Assembly: GCA_965213625.1 (NCBI GenBank)
Contig: CBDBZU010000004.1
Span: forward strand, 3,616,001-3,680,000
Source: a bacterium
Lineage (GTDB): Bacteria > UBA8248
DNA length: 64,000 nucleotides
Direction: 5' to 3'
In this document: positions 30,748-40,992 of the stretch, piece after piece
Layout of the letters: every line of letters begins with the position of its first letter
Numbering within the stretch: position 1 is the first letter of the stretch
Translations under genes and position numbers: made by a program
Notes under the pieces: model-generated
Seen by the model: only the letters and a program-made list of their open reading frames with translations
Told to the model about the DNA's origin: nothing
Databases searched by the model: none

Positions 30748-31521
30748 TTAGATATTCGAGCGGCTTTGCGAGCCGTCCACGTTCCAGCAGGCCCCGTGCA
30801 CGAGGCTCGCTCTCGGGCTCACCATAAAGACGGCTACCGCAGAGAGTTCCTCGGGTCGTCCGAACCGGCCCAGCGGCATTTCTGAGTCGACGAAGCCCTG
30901 CAAGCCGTCTGGCGCTTCGTTCACCCGCCGCTCCCAGACCCCGCCCGGGAAAATGATGCTGCCCGGCGCAATCGAGTTCACGCGAATGTTGTCCTGCGCC
31001 GTCTGCTGGGCGAGCCCCTTGGAGAAGCTGATGAGCGCCGCCTTGGAGGCGTTGTAAGTCATCGCGCCCTTCGACTCGCGCCCGTAGATGGAGGCGACGT
31101 TCAGGATGGAGCCGCCGCCTCTTTTTTTCATTTCCGGTATCACGAGGCGCGAGAGCGTCACCGCATGGTAGAGGTTGAATCCGAACCCTTCGCGCCACTC
31201 CTCATCCGTGATGTCGAGAAAGGCCTTGGGATTGCTGCCGCCGACGTTGTTCACGAGAATGTCGACGGCACCGAACGCATCGAGCGTCTTCCGTAGAAAT
31301 GCATTGGGTACACCTTCCTGGGTCACGTCGCCCGTGAAACCCGCCGCGCGTCCGCCGCCCAGCGCGTTCAACTCATCGACGGCCTGATTCAATCGCTCCT
31401 CGCCCCGCGCGCTGATCGCCACGTGGCACCCCTCGCCCACCAGATCTTTTGCGATATGGAAGCCGAGACCTCGACTGCCGCCGGAGATCATCGCCACTTT
31501 ATCGGTGAGCATCAAATCCAT
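30748..31521 (-). CDS. Short-chain dehydrogenase/reductase
   Basis: SGGSRGLG, ILVNNVG, YNASKAA, RVNSIAPG. Confidence 0.92.
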   Translation of the reverse strand: MDLMLTDKVAMISGGSRGLGFHIAKDLVGEGCHVAISARGEERLNQAVDELNALGGGRAAGFTGDVTQEGVPNAFLRKTLDAFGAVDILVNNVGGSNPKAFLDITDEEWREGFGFNLYHAVTLSRLVIPEMKKRGGGSILNVASIYGRESKGAMTYNASKAALISFSKGLAQQTAQDNIRVNSIAPGSIIFPGGVWERRVNEAPDGLQGFVDSEMPLGRFGRPEELSAVAVFMVSPRASLVHGACWNVDGSQSRSNI

Positions 31522-31592
31522 CGTTTTTTCTCCCGAGCTGGTGAACGTCCGGACACCGAGCGAACAGCCCCGCAACGGCATCACACGACGTA

Positions 31593-32777
31593 TTATGCGG
31601 GCTCGTCCAGCGTCTGGGCGGCGCGCAGCAGCGTCATCGAGTCCGTCCCGTCGCCGTGCAGGAAGGTGAGGAGGTCGCGCATCATCTTCTCCGTCGGCGT
31701 CTCCTTCATGATGCCGATGCCGCCGAGAATATCCGTGGCGAAGGCAATCGTCTTGAGCGCCACCTGATCGCTGAACACCTTTCCGTAACGCGTAAAGCGC
31801 GTATTGTAGCTCTCATCGTTCTCCACGCCCCAGCAGATGCGCCACATGAACTGTTCGGCCACCTCGATGTTCATCAACATCTCGGCGAGTTGGTGCTGTA
31901 TCGTCTGGTGCTCGATGATGGGCTTGCCGCCCTGGATGCGTTCTTTCGCGTGCTGGAGGCAGAAATTATAGATGCCGCGCGCGATGCCCGTATTGCACGC
32001 CGGAAGCTCGGCGCTGCCCCGGAACACCGTGCCGAAGGTGTAAAAACCCTTGTTCACCCCGCCGAGGATGTCGTCCTTATGCACACGCACGTTGTCGTAA
32101 TAGCTCTCGGCATTGGGATACAGCCTGTAGCCAAGCTTGTCATGCACGTTGCCGTAAGAGACCCCCTCCTGATCACCATGTACGAGAAAGCAGCTGGTTC
32201 CCTGATGAAGCGGAACAGTGGGGTCCGTTCTCGCAAAGACCAGCAATATCTGCGCCCAACTCGTGAGAGAAGTGAACCGTTTCGCACCGTTGAGGATGTA
32301 GTAGTCGCCATCCTCGACCGCCGAGGTCTTGAGACCCAGCGCGGGGTCGGACTGTCGGTAGATGTTGTCCGAGCCATAATCGGGTTCGGTGATGACGAAC
32401 GAGCCCACGCAGTCGTGATCTTCCACGAACATCTTGCCCCACTTTTCGATCTGCGCCTCCGTGCCGCACTTGAAGATCGCGTTCGATATCTTCCAGCACT
32501 GGCTCAGGCACTTGATGACGCCGATCTCGATTTGCGCGCCCGTCCAGAGACAAAGGGCCTTGGTCGTCGTGTCGGCCCCGATGCCGCCATGTTCTTCCGG
32601 CACCGCCATGGTTCGCAGGCCGAGTTGCGACGCCTTGTTCAAAAGCTCGCCCGGATAACAATCCTTCGGGTCGGGCCGCCTGTCCATCTCCGCGGCGACG
32701 GGCGCGACCTCGCGCTCCATGAAATCGCGGGTCAGATCGGCCAGGGCCAGTTGTTCTTCGGTGAATGGATATTGCAT
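31593..32777 (-). CDS. Acyl-CoA dehydrogenase family protein
   Basis: ITEPDYGSD, LNGAKRF, KLGYR, RIQGGKPI..HQ, ILGGIG, MRD. Confidence 0.9.
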   Translation of the reverse strand: MQYPFTEEQLALADLTRDFMEREVAPVAAEMDRRPDPKDCYPGELLNKASQLGLRTMAVPEEHGGIGADTTTKALCLWTGAQIEIGVIKCLSQCWKISNAIFKCGTEAQIEKWGKMFVEDHDCVGSFVITEPDYGSDNIYRQSDPALGLKTSAVEDGDYYILNGAKRFTSLTSWAQILLVFARTDPTVPLHQGTSCFLVHGDQEGVSYGNVHDKLGYRLYPNAESYYDNVRVHKDDILGGVNKGFYTFGTVFRGSAELPACNTGIARGIYNFCLQHAKERIQGGKPIIEHQTIQHQLAEMLMNIEVAEQFMWRICWGVENDESYNTRFTRYGKVFSDQVALKTIAFATDILGGIGIMKETPTEKMMRDLLTFLHGDGTDSMTLLRAAQTLDEPA

Positions 32778-32886
32778 AACTCCTCCAAATCATCAAGAAG
32801 AATTCTCATCGAAAGTGAGTGTATATTCCTTGGTTATCCTCTCGTGCTCGTAGTGTCAACTTCTAATCCGGATGGCTCTCAGATCT

Positions 32887-34554
32887 TCAGGCGCTCGCAT
32901 GGCGCGATGCCGCCTCACGCAATTCATCGGATATGGGTAATTTAACGTGAGCCGGCGTTCCATCAGACCCCAGTGATATATGAATGTTAGCCAGCCAGGT
33001 CTCATCGTCACGCTCGGGATAATCAGACCGCGTGTGCGCACCCCGGCTCTCTGCCCGCAAGGACATCGAGCCCAGCATCGCCTCGGCCGTCAGGCACATG
33101 AGCCTCGCCTGGGCATGGCGCGAGACGAGCGAAGAAGGGGGAGAGGACACTGCAATCTTCTCTTTTTGAGCGGTGATTCTCACCAGTCCATCCGCCAGCG
33201 CTTCCGAAGTCCGCTCGATGCCTCCAGCCGAAAACATGGCGTCGCGTAAGTTTTCTTCGATTTCATCGAGTTGATCTTCACTCGATTCATCAGCGCCTCG
33301 CAGGTCTCCCTCTTTCTTCTCGGGTGGTCCGCCCTCTCCTTCCACATGAGCAGCGGTCCGGCCCGCCCGGTCACCCATGACGGCGCACACGGTGAGGCCC
33401 CCGCTCGCGAGACGATTCGCCCCGTGCAGGCCGCCACCGTTCTCACCGGCGGCGAAGAGGCCGTCCACGTCCGTCCGCCCGTTCGTGTCGATGATAACGC
33501 CGCCCATGCACGAATGCGCCGCGGGAGCGATTTCTATCGGCTCTTTTCGCACGTCGAGACCCGCCGCCTCGAAATCGTCGATGATCTCACCCATCACGTC
33601 TCTCAGCCCTTCGTAGGACACCTTCGTCAAATCGAGATAAAGGCCGCCGTTTTCGGTTCCCCGCCCCTCGACGATTTCGCGGTGCATCGCGCGGGAGAGC
33701 ACGTCGCGCTTGGCGTGCTCCATATCATCAGGCGCATAGCGGGCCATGAATCGCTCGTTCAGGCTGTTTCTCAACCGCGTTTCGGGGAAAGAAAGCGCCA
33801 TTCCGCCTGAGTTTCTGCCCCTGAGTTGCGGTGGATGGGCCATTGCCGTCGGCGTGAACTGCACGAATTCCATGTCCCGCAACCGCGCCCCCGCGTCGAG
33901 AGCCGCCCCATAGCCGACTCCCGCGACGCCCGGCGCATTCGTCGTGATGGGGTACATCCCCCCCAATCCGCCCATCGCGAGTATCGTGGCGCGTGCATGC
34001 ACCCGTACCAAAATTCCGCTTCTCTCTTCTTGAAATTCAGCCCCTACGACTCTTCCGCCCCCGTCACGCAGCACTCCGATGAAGGACAGCCCCTCCAGAA
34101 TGCGCGCTCCGCTCTGCGCGAGCCGCGCACCCAGAATCGTCATCATCCTGGGCCCGCCTCCCGGCACGCGCGCTCCCCGGGGATAGGTGTGGCCGGGGAG
34201 TTTCGTGGGCGTCATCCGCCCGTTTTTCCCCAGGAAAGGAACCACGTGAGCGCGCAAGCGTTCTATCGCGCCGCCCGATTCGGCTGCGACCGTGCGCACC
34301 AGGGCAGGGTCGGACATGAACCATCCGCTGCGGTAATTATCCGCCACCATGGTTTCCACAGAATCATCCGGCAGGGAGAAACCGTCCAGTATCGTTGCGA
34401 AAACGCCGCCCGCGCGCGCGGAGTTGCCTGTCAGGCCGGCCTCGCCCTTCATGGCGATGCAGACGTCCGCCCCCTCTTCGCGAGCGGCCAGAGCGGCCAG
34501 CGTGCCGGCCAGCCCGCCGCCTACGACCAATACGTCCGTGCGCATCTCTTCCAC
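32887..34554 (-). CDS. FAD-binding protein of the succinate dehydrogenase/L-aspartate oxidase flavoprotein family
   Basis: VVGGGLAG, DMEFVQF.PT, H.CMGG, GLFAAGE, HGANRL, RAESRGAH.RSDYP; GTG start after GGAGG. Confidence 0.88.
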   Translation of the reverse strand: MEEMRTDVLVVGGGLAGTLAALAAREEGADVCIAMKGEAGLTGNSARAGGVFATILDGFSLPDDSVETMVADNYRSGWFMSDPALVRTVAAESGGAIERLRAHVVPFLGKNGRMTPTKLPGHTYPRGARVPGGGPRMMTILGARLAQSGARILEGLSFIGVLRDGGGRVVGAEFQEERSGILVRVHARATILAMGGLGGMYPITTNAPGVAGVGYGAALDAGARLRDMEFVQFTPTAMAHPPQLRGRNSGGMALSFPETRLRNSLNERFMARYAPDDMEHAKRDVLSRAMHREIVEGRGTENGGLYLDLTKVSYEGLRDVMGEIIDDFEAAGLDVRKEPIEIAPAAHSCMGGVIIDTNGRTDVDGLFAAGENGGGLHGANRLASGGLTVCAVMGDRAGRTAAHVEGEGGPPEKKEGDLRGADESSEDQLDEIEENLRDAMFSAGGIERTSEALADGLVRITAQKEKIAVSSPPSSLVSRHAQARLMCLTAEAMLGSMSLRAESRGAHTRSDYPERDDETWLANIHISLGSDGTPAHVKLPISDELREAASRHASA

Positions 34555-34568
34555 GATTCCTCCGAATA

Positions 34569-35258
34569 TCAAGCAGCGGGATAAGGGAGCGGGTCGCGCT
34601 CCCCGATTTCCTCGAACCCCTTACGCCTCAGGATGCAGGCGTCGCACGAACCGCAGGGCCGTTTCTCATCCAGCGGATCGTAACAGGTGTGGGTGAGAGA
34701 AAAATCCACCCCCAAATCCAGACCCTTGCGCGCGATGTCGGACTTTCGCATCGCACTCAAAGGCGTATGAATTTCGAGAAGCGCACCTTCTACGCCGGAT
34801 TTCGTAGCCAACCGCGCCATTTGCGTATAAGCGTCAATGTATTCTGGGCGGCAATCGGGATATCCCGAATAATCGAGCGCGTTCACACCGATGTAGATAT
34901 CGCTCGCACCCTTGACCTCGGCCAGGGCGAGCGCATAGCTCAAAAAAATGGTGTTCCGCGCAGGCACATAAGTTACCGGTATCCCCTCTCCGATGTCGGC
35001 ACGCTCCTTGGGAACTTCGATGTCGCCGGTGAGTGCACTACCGCCGATGGGACGCATATCGATCGACAAAACCGTATGGCCGCCTGCGCCGATTTGTTCC
35101 GCCACTTTTCGGGCGGCCATCAACTCGCAGCGGTGTCTTTGCCCATAGTCGAAACTGAGCGCCTCGCAGGCGAATCCCTCCCGTTTCGCGATGGCCAGAA
35201 CGACGGCCGAATCCATGCCGCCGCTCAAGAGGACGACCGCCACTCTTTTCTCGTCCAT
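34569..35258 (-). CDS. queC: 7-cyano-7-deazaguanine synthase
   Basis: [32 protein letters not shown]...PCGSCDAC. Confidence 0.96.
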   Translation of the reverse strand: MDEKRVAVVLLSGGMDSAVVLAIAKREGFACEALSFDYGQRHRCELMAARKVAEQIGAGGHTVLSIDMRPIGGSALTGDIEVPKERADIGEGIPVTYVPARNTIFLSYALALAEVKGASDIYIGVNALDYSGYPDCRPEYIDAYTQMARLATKSGVEGALLEIHTPLSAMRKSDIARKGLDLGVDFSLTHTCYDPLDEKRPCGSCDACILRRKGFEEIGERDPLPYPAA

Positions 35259-35378
35259 GCGCAATTTCCTGTCTATGACCGCTCGGATGAGCTGTTCTGC
35301 GAAAAACCGCATAATAGGGTATTCTAGCGGTTCGGCAAAGGCGAAATGTGTGTTTTTCTCAACCCAAAGGAGCGGACG

Positions 35379-36179
35379 ATGCCCGTGGCGACTGTGAACG
35401 GCGTGAACCTCACATACACCGTGAAAGGAGACGGCGCGCCCCTGGTCGCGATGCACGGATTCGCCAACTCCATATACACCTGGGAGCCGGTGATGGATGC
35501 GCTTTCCCGTCGCTTTCAGGCCTTCACCTACGATCACAGAGGCCACGGGGGGTCGAGCAAGCGACAGGGCCCATTTGGTATCGAAACCCTCACCGATGAC
35601 CTGCTCGCCCTTCTCAACTTCTGGGGGCTCGACAGGGTCCACCTCATGGGACACAGCATGGGCGGGCGGGTGGCCCTGTGGTGCGCACTCGAACACCCCG
35701 AGAGGGTCAACAGCCTGATGCTCGTCGGCGCATCCGCCGCAGCGCCCGAAGGAGAAATGAGGGGACGATTCGAGTTATTGCGAAAGATTGCGCTCGATGA
35801 GGGGATAGAAACAGCCCTTGCGAGCGAGGGGATGCAGGCGACGCTGCCCCGGGACTATATCGATGGAGCAAGCGCGGAAGAATTCAGAAAACGCTTCCTC
35901 AAGAACACCCCTGAGGATTACGCCGCGGCGGTGGACGCCATCCTCGACACGCCGGACATGAGGGAGCGGCTGGGTGAAATCAACGTCCCCACCTGGGTCT
36001 GCGCGGGCGAGGGGGACGCCGGGCCGATGGCATATGGGGAGATGTTCGAAGAGCAAATACCGGGTTGTGTGAGAACGATTATCCCCGCCTGCGGGCATTT
36101 CCCGATGCAGGATGCGCCCGAGGCTTTCTGCGCCGCGTTCGATGACTTCGTCGAGACGGCGATTGATACGGATTCATAA
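35379..36179 (+). CDS. Alpha/beta fold hydrolase
   Basis: HGF, DHRGHG, GHSMGG nucleophile elbow, CGH; AAGGAG RBS. Confidence 0.9.
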   Translation: MPVATVNGVNLTYTVKGDGAPLVAMHGFANSIYTWEPVMDALSRRFQAFTYDHRGHGGSSKRQGPFGIETLTDDLLALLNFWGLDRVHLMGHSMGGRVALWCALEHPERVNSLMLVGASAAAPEGEMRGRFELLRKIALDEGIETALASEGMQATLPRDYIDGASAEEFRKRFLKNTPEDYAAAVDAILDTPDMRERLGEINVPTWVCAGEGDAGPMAYGEMFEEQIPGCVRTIIPACGHFPMQDAPEAFCAAFDDFVETAIDTDS

Positions 36180-36196
36180 CTCATAAGGAGAACCCC

Positions 36197-36598
36197 ATGA
36201 CACACGACGAGGCGCTGGCCTTCCTGAACAAGCAGCAATACGGCGTCCTGAGCACCCTTCTCGAGGACGGCAGATCGCACCCCACGCCCATCGTGTTCGA
36301 TTATGCAGACGGCGTCGCGGAGATATCCATGACGTGGGACCGCGTGAAGGCCAAAAACCTGAGGCGCGACCCCAGGGCCACGCTTTGCGTGATGCCGCAG
36401 GACAACTTCTACCCCTACCTCTGCGCGGAAGGAGAGGCCGAACTCGTTGAAGACCCGGACGGCACGAAAAACCTCGACCTCTACCGCCGCATCACCGGAA
36501 AAGACCCCGACGACCTCGACGAATACCTGCAAGCGATGAAGAAAGAGAAGCGACTCGTGGCGAGGCTGAGCGTCAAGCGGATGTATCCGGTTAACTGA
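36197..36598 (+). CDS. PPOX-class (pyridoxamine 5'-phosphate oxidase-like, possibly F420-dependent) oxidoreductase
   Basis: LSTL..DG.SH.TPI, KAKNLRRDPR.TL. Confidence 0.85.
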   Translation: MTHDEALAFLNKQQYGVLSTLLEDGRSHPTPIVFDYADGVAEISMTWDRVKAKNLRRDPRATLCVMPQDNFYPYLCAEGEAELVEDPDGTKNLDLYRRITGKDPDDLDEYLQAMKKEKRLVARLSVKRMYPVN

Positions 36599-36657
36599 GT
36601 TGTCAGTTGTTCATGCTATAATTCGGAGAGAGACCCATCAAACAAGGAGGATGCCTC

Positions 36658-36972
36658 ATGGCCGTTACCGCAGTTGTCCGCTTCCCGTTTCCAGAAGTGA
36701 AAACCGAGGAGGAGCTGATCGCGTCTTTCGAGAGTTCCTCGGCTCTCTACCACGGTGTGCCCGGCCTCTTGCGCAAATACTATCTGATGTCCGAAGACCG
36801 GATGTCAGGGGGCGGGGTCTATATTTTCGAGTCACGCGCCGACGCCGAGCGTGTCCACGACGAGGTGTGGCGCAACAGGCTGATCGAACGCATGGGCGTC
36901 GAGCCCGACGTCCAGTACTTCGACTCGCCCGTCATCGTCGACAACGAAGCCAGGGCCGCCACCACCGCATAA
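36658..36972 (+). CDS. YdhR-like dimeric alpha/beta barrel protein (copy 1)
   Basis: VPGLLRKYYL, GGGVYIFESRADAE, F.SPVIVDN; AGGAGG RBS. Confidence 0.85.
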   Translation: MAVTAVVRFPFPEVKTEEELIASFESSSALYHGVPGLLRKYYLMSEDRMSGGGVYIFESRADAERVHDEVWRNRLIERMGVEPDVQYFDSPVIVDNEARAATTA

Positions 36973-36983
36973 GGAGGACGTTC

Positions 36984-37301
36984 ATGGCCGTCACCGCAAT
37001 CGTTCGCTTCACGCTTCCCGAGGGAAAGACCCAAGAGGAGATGGCCGCGGCCTTCGAACACTCGGCCCCTCTCTACCGCGACGTACCGGGGCTGGTGCGA
37101 AAATACTACCTGGTGTCGGACGACGTTCGCACCGGAGGCGGGGTCTACCTGTTCGAGTCGCGCGAGGATGCCGAGCGGCTCTACGACGACGCCTGGCGCG
37201 CCGGGATACGCGAGCGCCTGGGAGTCGAACCCACGATCGAATTCTTCACCTCGCCGGTAATCGTGGACAACGAAGTCGGAGCGATATCGACCGCTTCTTG
37301 A
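36984..37301 (+). CDS. YdhR-like dimeric alpha/beta barrel protein (copy 2)
   Basis: AAGGAGG RBS then MAVTAIVRF; VPGLVRKYYL, GGGVYLFESREDAE. Confidence 0.85.
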   Translation: MAVTAIVRFTLPEGKTQEEMAAAFEHSAPLYRDVPGLVRKYYLVSDDVRTGGGVYLFESREDAERLYDDAWRAGIRERLGVEPTIEFFTSPVIVDNEVGAISTAS

Positions 37302-37401
37302 CCCCTAGGCGATTCGCGCTCTTTTCCTAGCTCGCCCAGGGGAGGAGATACGTTCGTTCACATTCCAATGATGGAATGTCCAATTAAAGCCGGGAGGTCG
37401 T

Positions 37402-37980
37402 ATGTTCCGGGCGAATGCGCTGATGCTCTACCTCGTCTTCCTGGTGTTCGCCGTGGGCGGGAAAATTGGTCTTCACTACCTGGCCACCGGAGAATTCGGC
37501 ATTCGCACGGTGAAACGGGATGCTCCCCAAAAAGCCAAATTCGCAAGCATCCTCCTGATGACATCATTCATCGGGACGTTCGTTGTTTCTCTCCTCGATG
37601 CCGCCGAAACGATTCAGCCACAAGTCGAACTTGGCGGGTCCATAAACACGACCGGCGCAGCAATATCTCTGGCCGGAATCGCCATCATGGTAATCGCCCA
37701 ATATCAGATGGGAAGCGCATGGAGGTTCGGCGTCGATCAATACGAGAAAACCGATTTGGTGACGGGGGGCTTCTACTCTCTCGTCAGGAACCCTATCTAC
37801 AGCGGTGTGTTCCTGTTCTTAATCGGCCTTCTGGTGTTGCTGCCCCACATATCGATGCTGTTATTCATCGCCATGGCTTGTTTAAGCATCGAGATGCAGG
37901 TGCGCTTCGTCGAAGAGCCGCATCTTCGTGACCTACACGGCGCCGCTTATAAAGATTACACCGAGCAGACGGGCCGCTAA
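37402..37980 (+). CDS. Isoprenylcysteine carboxyl methyltransferase/PEMT-family membrane protein
   Basis: MG.AWR.G, LVTGG.YS.VRNPIY, EEP.L...HG..Y..Y; stop may be slightly premature. Confidence 0.85.
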   Translation: MFRANALMLYLVFLVFAVGGKIGLHYLATGEFGIRTVKRDAPQKAKFASILLMTSFIGTFVVSLLDAAETIQPQVELGGSINTTGAAISLAGIAIMVIAQYQMGSAWRFGVDQYEKTDLVTGGFYSLVRNPIYSGVFLFLIGLLVLLPHISMLLFIAMACLSIEMQVRFVEEPHLRDLHGAAYKDYTEQTGR

Positions 37981-38024
37981 TTCCCAAGGCTTCTACGCAA
38001 ATTCAGTCGATAGGGGAAAATAAC

Positions 38025-38840
38025 TCAACCCACGAGGGCCTCGAGTCGCGCGCAGATATCAGGAGGAAGCGCGCCGCCGCCCGATGCCGCCGCGTTCTCG
38101 CTCATGCGGCCCGCCCTGCCGGTGGCGGGGATGACGCTGGAGACCCTCTCGTCCGCGAGTAGGTATTTCAGGAGCGCCTGCCCCGGCGTTCCTGAATGAT
38201 GGGCTTTCAGTTCCGGCATGCGGGCGATACTGCCTCCGGGACCAAGCAGGCCGCTCTTCAAGTGACTGAAAGGCCGCATGACGATAACGCCCAGGTTCAT
38301 CCGCTGCGCCAGGGGCAGAACCTCCTCGCGGCACTGCACCTCGCCCAGATAGTAGGGTATCTGGATCGCGTCGTAGGCGTCCGTCTTCATGGCTTCGATG
38401 AGTTCGGGGAAATTCTCGGGCCTCCTGTCGGTGATTCCCAGATGACGTATTCTGCCCTCTTCCTGATACGCCTTCATTACGGGCGTCACCTCGCGCCAGC
38501 CCGCCATGTTGTGAATCTGTAAGAGGTCGATGACGTCCGTGCGAAGGTGTCTGAAGGAGCGCTCGATGCTCGCGCGGGCCGCCGATGCGCTCGACTCCCA
38601 CACCTTGGTCGCCAGGACGATCTTCTCCCTGGCGCCTTCCAGCGCCTCACCCAGCACCCGCTCGGAATCCCCGTATATCGGCGCGGTGTCGAAAAAATTG
38701 ACCCCGCAATCCAGGCATTCCCGGACGATTTCGACGCACCGGGCGGGTTCGCTGCTCGCCATGTGCATGAAATTGTGCGAAGTGCCCAGGCCGATTTCGC
38801 TTACCTGCAATTCGGTCCGGCCGAGACGGCGATGGTTCAT
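38025..38840 (-). CDS. Aldo/keto reductase
   Basis: RRLGRT.L.VS.IGLG, FDTAPIYG, LATK, IDLLQIH. Confidence 0.92.
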   Translation of the reverse strand: MNHRRLGRTELQVSEIGLGTSHNFMHMASSEPARCVEIVRECLDCGVNFFDTAPIYGDSERVLGEALEGAREKIVLATKVWESSASAARASIERSFRHLRTDVIDLLQIHNMAGWREVTPVMKAYQEEGRIRHLGITDRRPENFPELIEAMKTDAYDAIQIPYYLGEVQCREEVLPLAQRMNLGVIVMRPFSHLKSGLLGPGGSIARMPELKAHHSGTPGQALLKYLLADERVSSVIPATGRAGRMSENAAASGGGALPPDICARLEALVG

Positions 38841-38877
38841 GTGCTCACTCCAGTTGAAGGTCTATGTCTTTCGCGCT

Positions 38878-39561
38878 TTAACCCGCCGCTCTCGCCAGAA
38901 TCTCGCGGTAGCCCTCATACACCGCCTCCCCGTAGGCGGGCGGGGCGTGGACTTCGGTGAGCTTGCCGTCCTCAATCGTCTTATCCGAAGCGTAGGGATT
39001 GAAGACGGCCTCCCCGTTCGGGAAGATGAGGGTGGGGCTGGTCATCGACATGCCCTCTTCGTCCCTCAAGCGCATGGCTTCCCTGTAGTCATCCATCACG
39101 CCCTCCTCGTATGCGCCGGATTCCAAATCCGCGCGCACTTTGGCGCCATCGAGGCCCGCTTCTTCCGCCATATCGCACAAAACCGCGTCCTCATCCACGC
39201 GTTTTCCCTCGTAGAAAAAACCGCGCCTGATCGCAAGATCGTAGACGCGCGCCTTTTCGGGGTCCAGCGCGTAGGCGCTCGCATAGGCCTGGAAGGCGCG
39301 GATGGTTGTCCTCAGGTATTCCTCGTGCGGCCAGCTTCTGCACGGCGAGAGCGGTTCCTGAACGGCTATCAGGGGCCATTCCTGGTCCACGATGTAGCGC
39401 GGCGCCGGGCGGTCGTTGATGACCTCCAGCGGAAACGCGCGCCATTTAAGCTGCAGCTTGTCCTCGAACTCAGGCATCACCTTGTCCAACCGCGCCGCGG
39501 CCATGTACGCCCAGGGTCAGTGGTATTCGTGAAAAATCTCGACAACCGCCGTTTCCGCCAT
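38878..39561 (-). CDS. DsbA/FrnE-family thioredoxin-fold protein, probable selenoprotein (UGA at 39517-39519)
   Basis: GAGGAG RBS then MAETAVVEIFHEYH-UGA-PWAY, in frame with ORF 38878..39504; matches DxxCPWxY; WRAFPLE, SPTL. Confidence 0.85.
39487..39503 (-). promoter_or_regulatory. Candidate bacterial SECIS hairpin
   Basis: UGGCCGC-GGC-GCGGUUG (with G-U pairs); the G-starting loop begins 20 nt after the UGA. Confidence 0.5.
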
Positions 39562-39731
39562 CTCATCTCCTCACTCGAAAAAAGTCTTATGATGAAATCA
39601 GGACAGAGAGCGTCCCCTACCCGATGATTTACACCCCGGATTCATCAAGGGCAAGTTGTTTCCTATGCTCCATGCCTCATGTACTCGATAAAAGCTGTGG
39701 TATCATGCCGAAAATTTTGGAGACCGCAGGA

Positions 39732-40148
39732 ATGAACCCTGAGGATCAGACACTCGCCTCCATACTCGCAGGCGCCGAGACCATCGCCGTGGTCGGTCTT
39801 TCGGACAATCCCTCGCGCACGAGCCACCGAATCGCCTCATATATGCAGGAGGCGGGCTACCAGGTCATTCCCATAAATCCCGGAATAAAATCCGCCCTCG
39901 GCGAGATGGCCTATCCCAGCCTGGGTGAAGTTACCGAGCGTATCGACATCGTGAACGCCTTCAGGCGATCCGAGGAAATACCCGCCCTGGTGGATGACGC
40001 CATCGAAAAACGCCCGCGAGCGTTCTGGATGCAAAAGGGCATCACCCACCCCGGCTCCGCGCGCCGCCTGGAGGATGCAGGCATCACCACGATTCAGAAC
40101 CTCTGCATCAAGACCGCTCACCGGAAACTCGCGCAAACCCCTCGATGA
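39732..40148 (+). CDS. CoA-binding protein (YccU-like)
   Basis: TIAVVGLSDNP.R.S, VIPINP, AYPSL, IDIV..FR, WMQ.G, NLC; start uncertain (39705 possible). Confidence 0.9.
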   Translation: MNPEDQTLASILAGAETIAVVGLSDNPSRTSHRIASYMQEAGYQVIPINPGIKSALGEMAYPSLGEVTERIDIVNAFRRSEEIPALVDDAIEKRPRAFWMQKGITHPGSARRLEDAGITTIQNLCIKTAHRKLAQTPR

Positions 40149-40158
40149 GAATGGGCCG

Positions 40159-40992
40159 CTGCGAATCTCGCAAAAACTCCATCGCTACCTGCTCCTCGGC
40201 GCAGGCGCTTTGTTGGTCGTGGGAATGTTTGGGTTTTTAGAGAATTTCCTGCTTTATCATCCCTACCGGGAAATCGAGGTCACGCCCAAAGCCTATCGAA
40301 TAGCGTATGAGGACGTCTCCTTCAGTGCAGAGGACGGCGTGCGCCTTCACGGCTGGTACGTTGCTCCCAAAGACCCTGACGGTCCGGTACTCCTGTGGAC
40401 GCACGGCAACGCGGGCAACCTCTCACACCGTGCGGAGAACATCGCGCTCATCCAGAAAGAACTGGGGGCGGGCGTGTTCATCTTCGACTACCGGGGATAC
40501 GGCAAGAGTGAGGGTCGACCTAGCGAGGAAGGTCTCTATGCCGACGGCAGGGCCGCGTACGCCTGGCTCGCCGAGCGCGTGCCGCACGAGCGTATTTTTC
40601 TCTTCGGACGCTCCCTGGGCGCCGCCGTAGTAGTGAAACTCGCCGCGGAAGGAAAGAAAGCGCGCGGCCTCATCCTGGAGAGTCCCTTCGAGAGCACTCT
40701 CGCCATGGGCAAGAAGATGTTCCCTTTCCTGCCTGTGGGATGGCTCATCTCCCCGAAATTCGACAGCGCGGCCATGATACCCAAAGTGAAGATGCCCCTG
40801 TTCGTTCTGCATGGGGATAAGGACGGAATCGTCCCCTACGCGCAGGGGCTACGGCTCTTCGAGACTGCCGGCTCTCCGCACAAGCGATTTTTCACCATCA
40901 AGGGTGCGGGCCACAACGACACGTATTACGCGGGGGGTGCGCCCTACTGGGAGGCGTGGCGGGATTTTTTGGAAAAACCCGAGTCAGGGTGA
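40159..40992 (+). CDS. Alpha/beta hydrolase (Bem46/ABHD13-like)
   Basis: LHGWY, HGNAGN, DYRGYGKSEG.PSE.G, GRSLG, HG..D.IVP, GAGHND; start uncertain. Confidence 0.88.
   Translation: MRISQKLHRYLLLGAGALLVVGMFGFLENFLLYHPYREIEVTPKAYRIAYEDVSFSAEDGVRLHGWYVAPKDPDGPVLLWTHGNAGNLSHRAENIALIQKELGAGVFIFDYRGYGKSEGRPSEEGLYADGRAAYAWLAERVPHERIFLFGRSLGAAVVVKLAAEGKKARGLILESPFESTLAMGKKMFPFLPVGWLISPKFDSAAMIPKVKMPLFVLHGDKDGIVPYAQGLRLFETAGSPHKRFFTIKGAGHNDTYYAGGAPYWEAWRDFLEKPESG

Noticed and set aside
34569-35258. QueC as part of a Qat/Dpd defence or DNA-modification system
   Set aside because: Standard-length housekeeping QueC with no such partner genes nearby.
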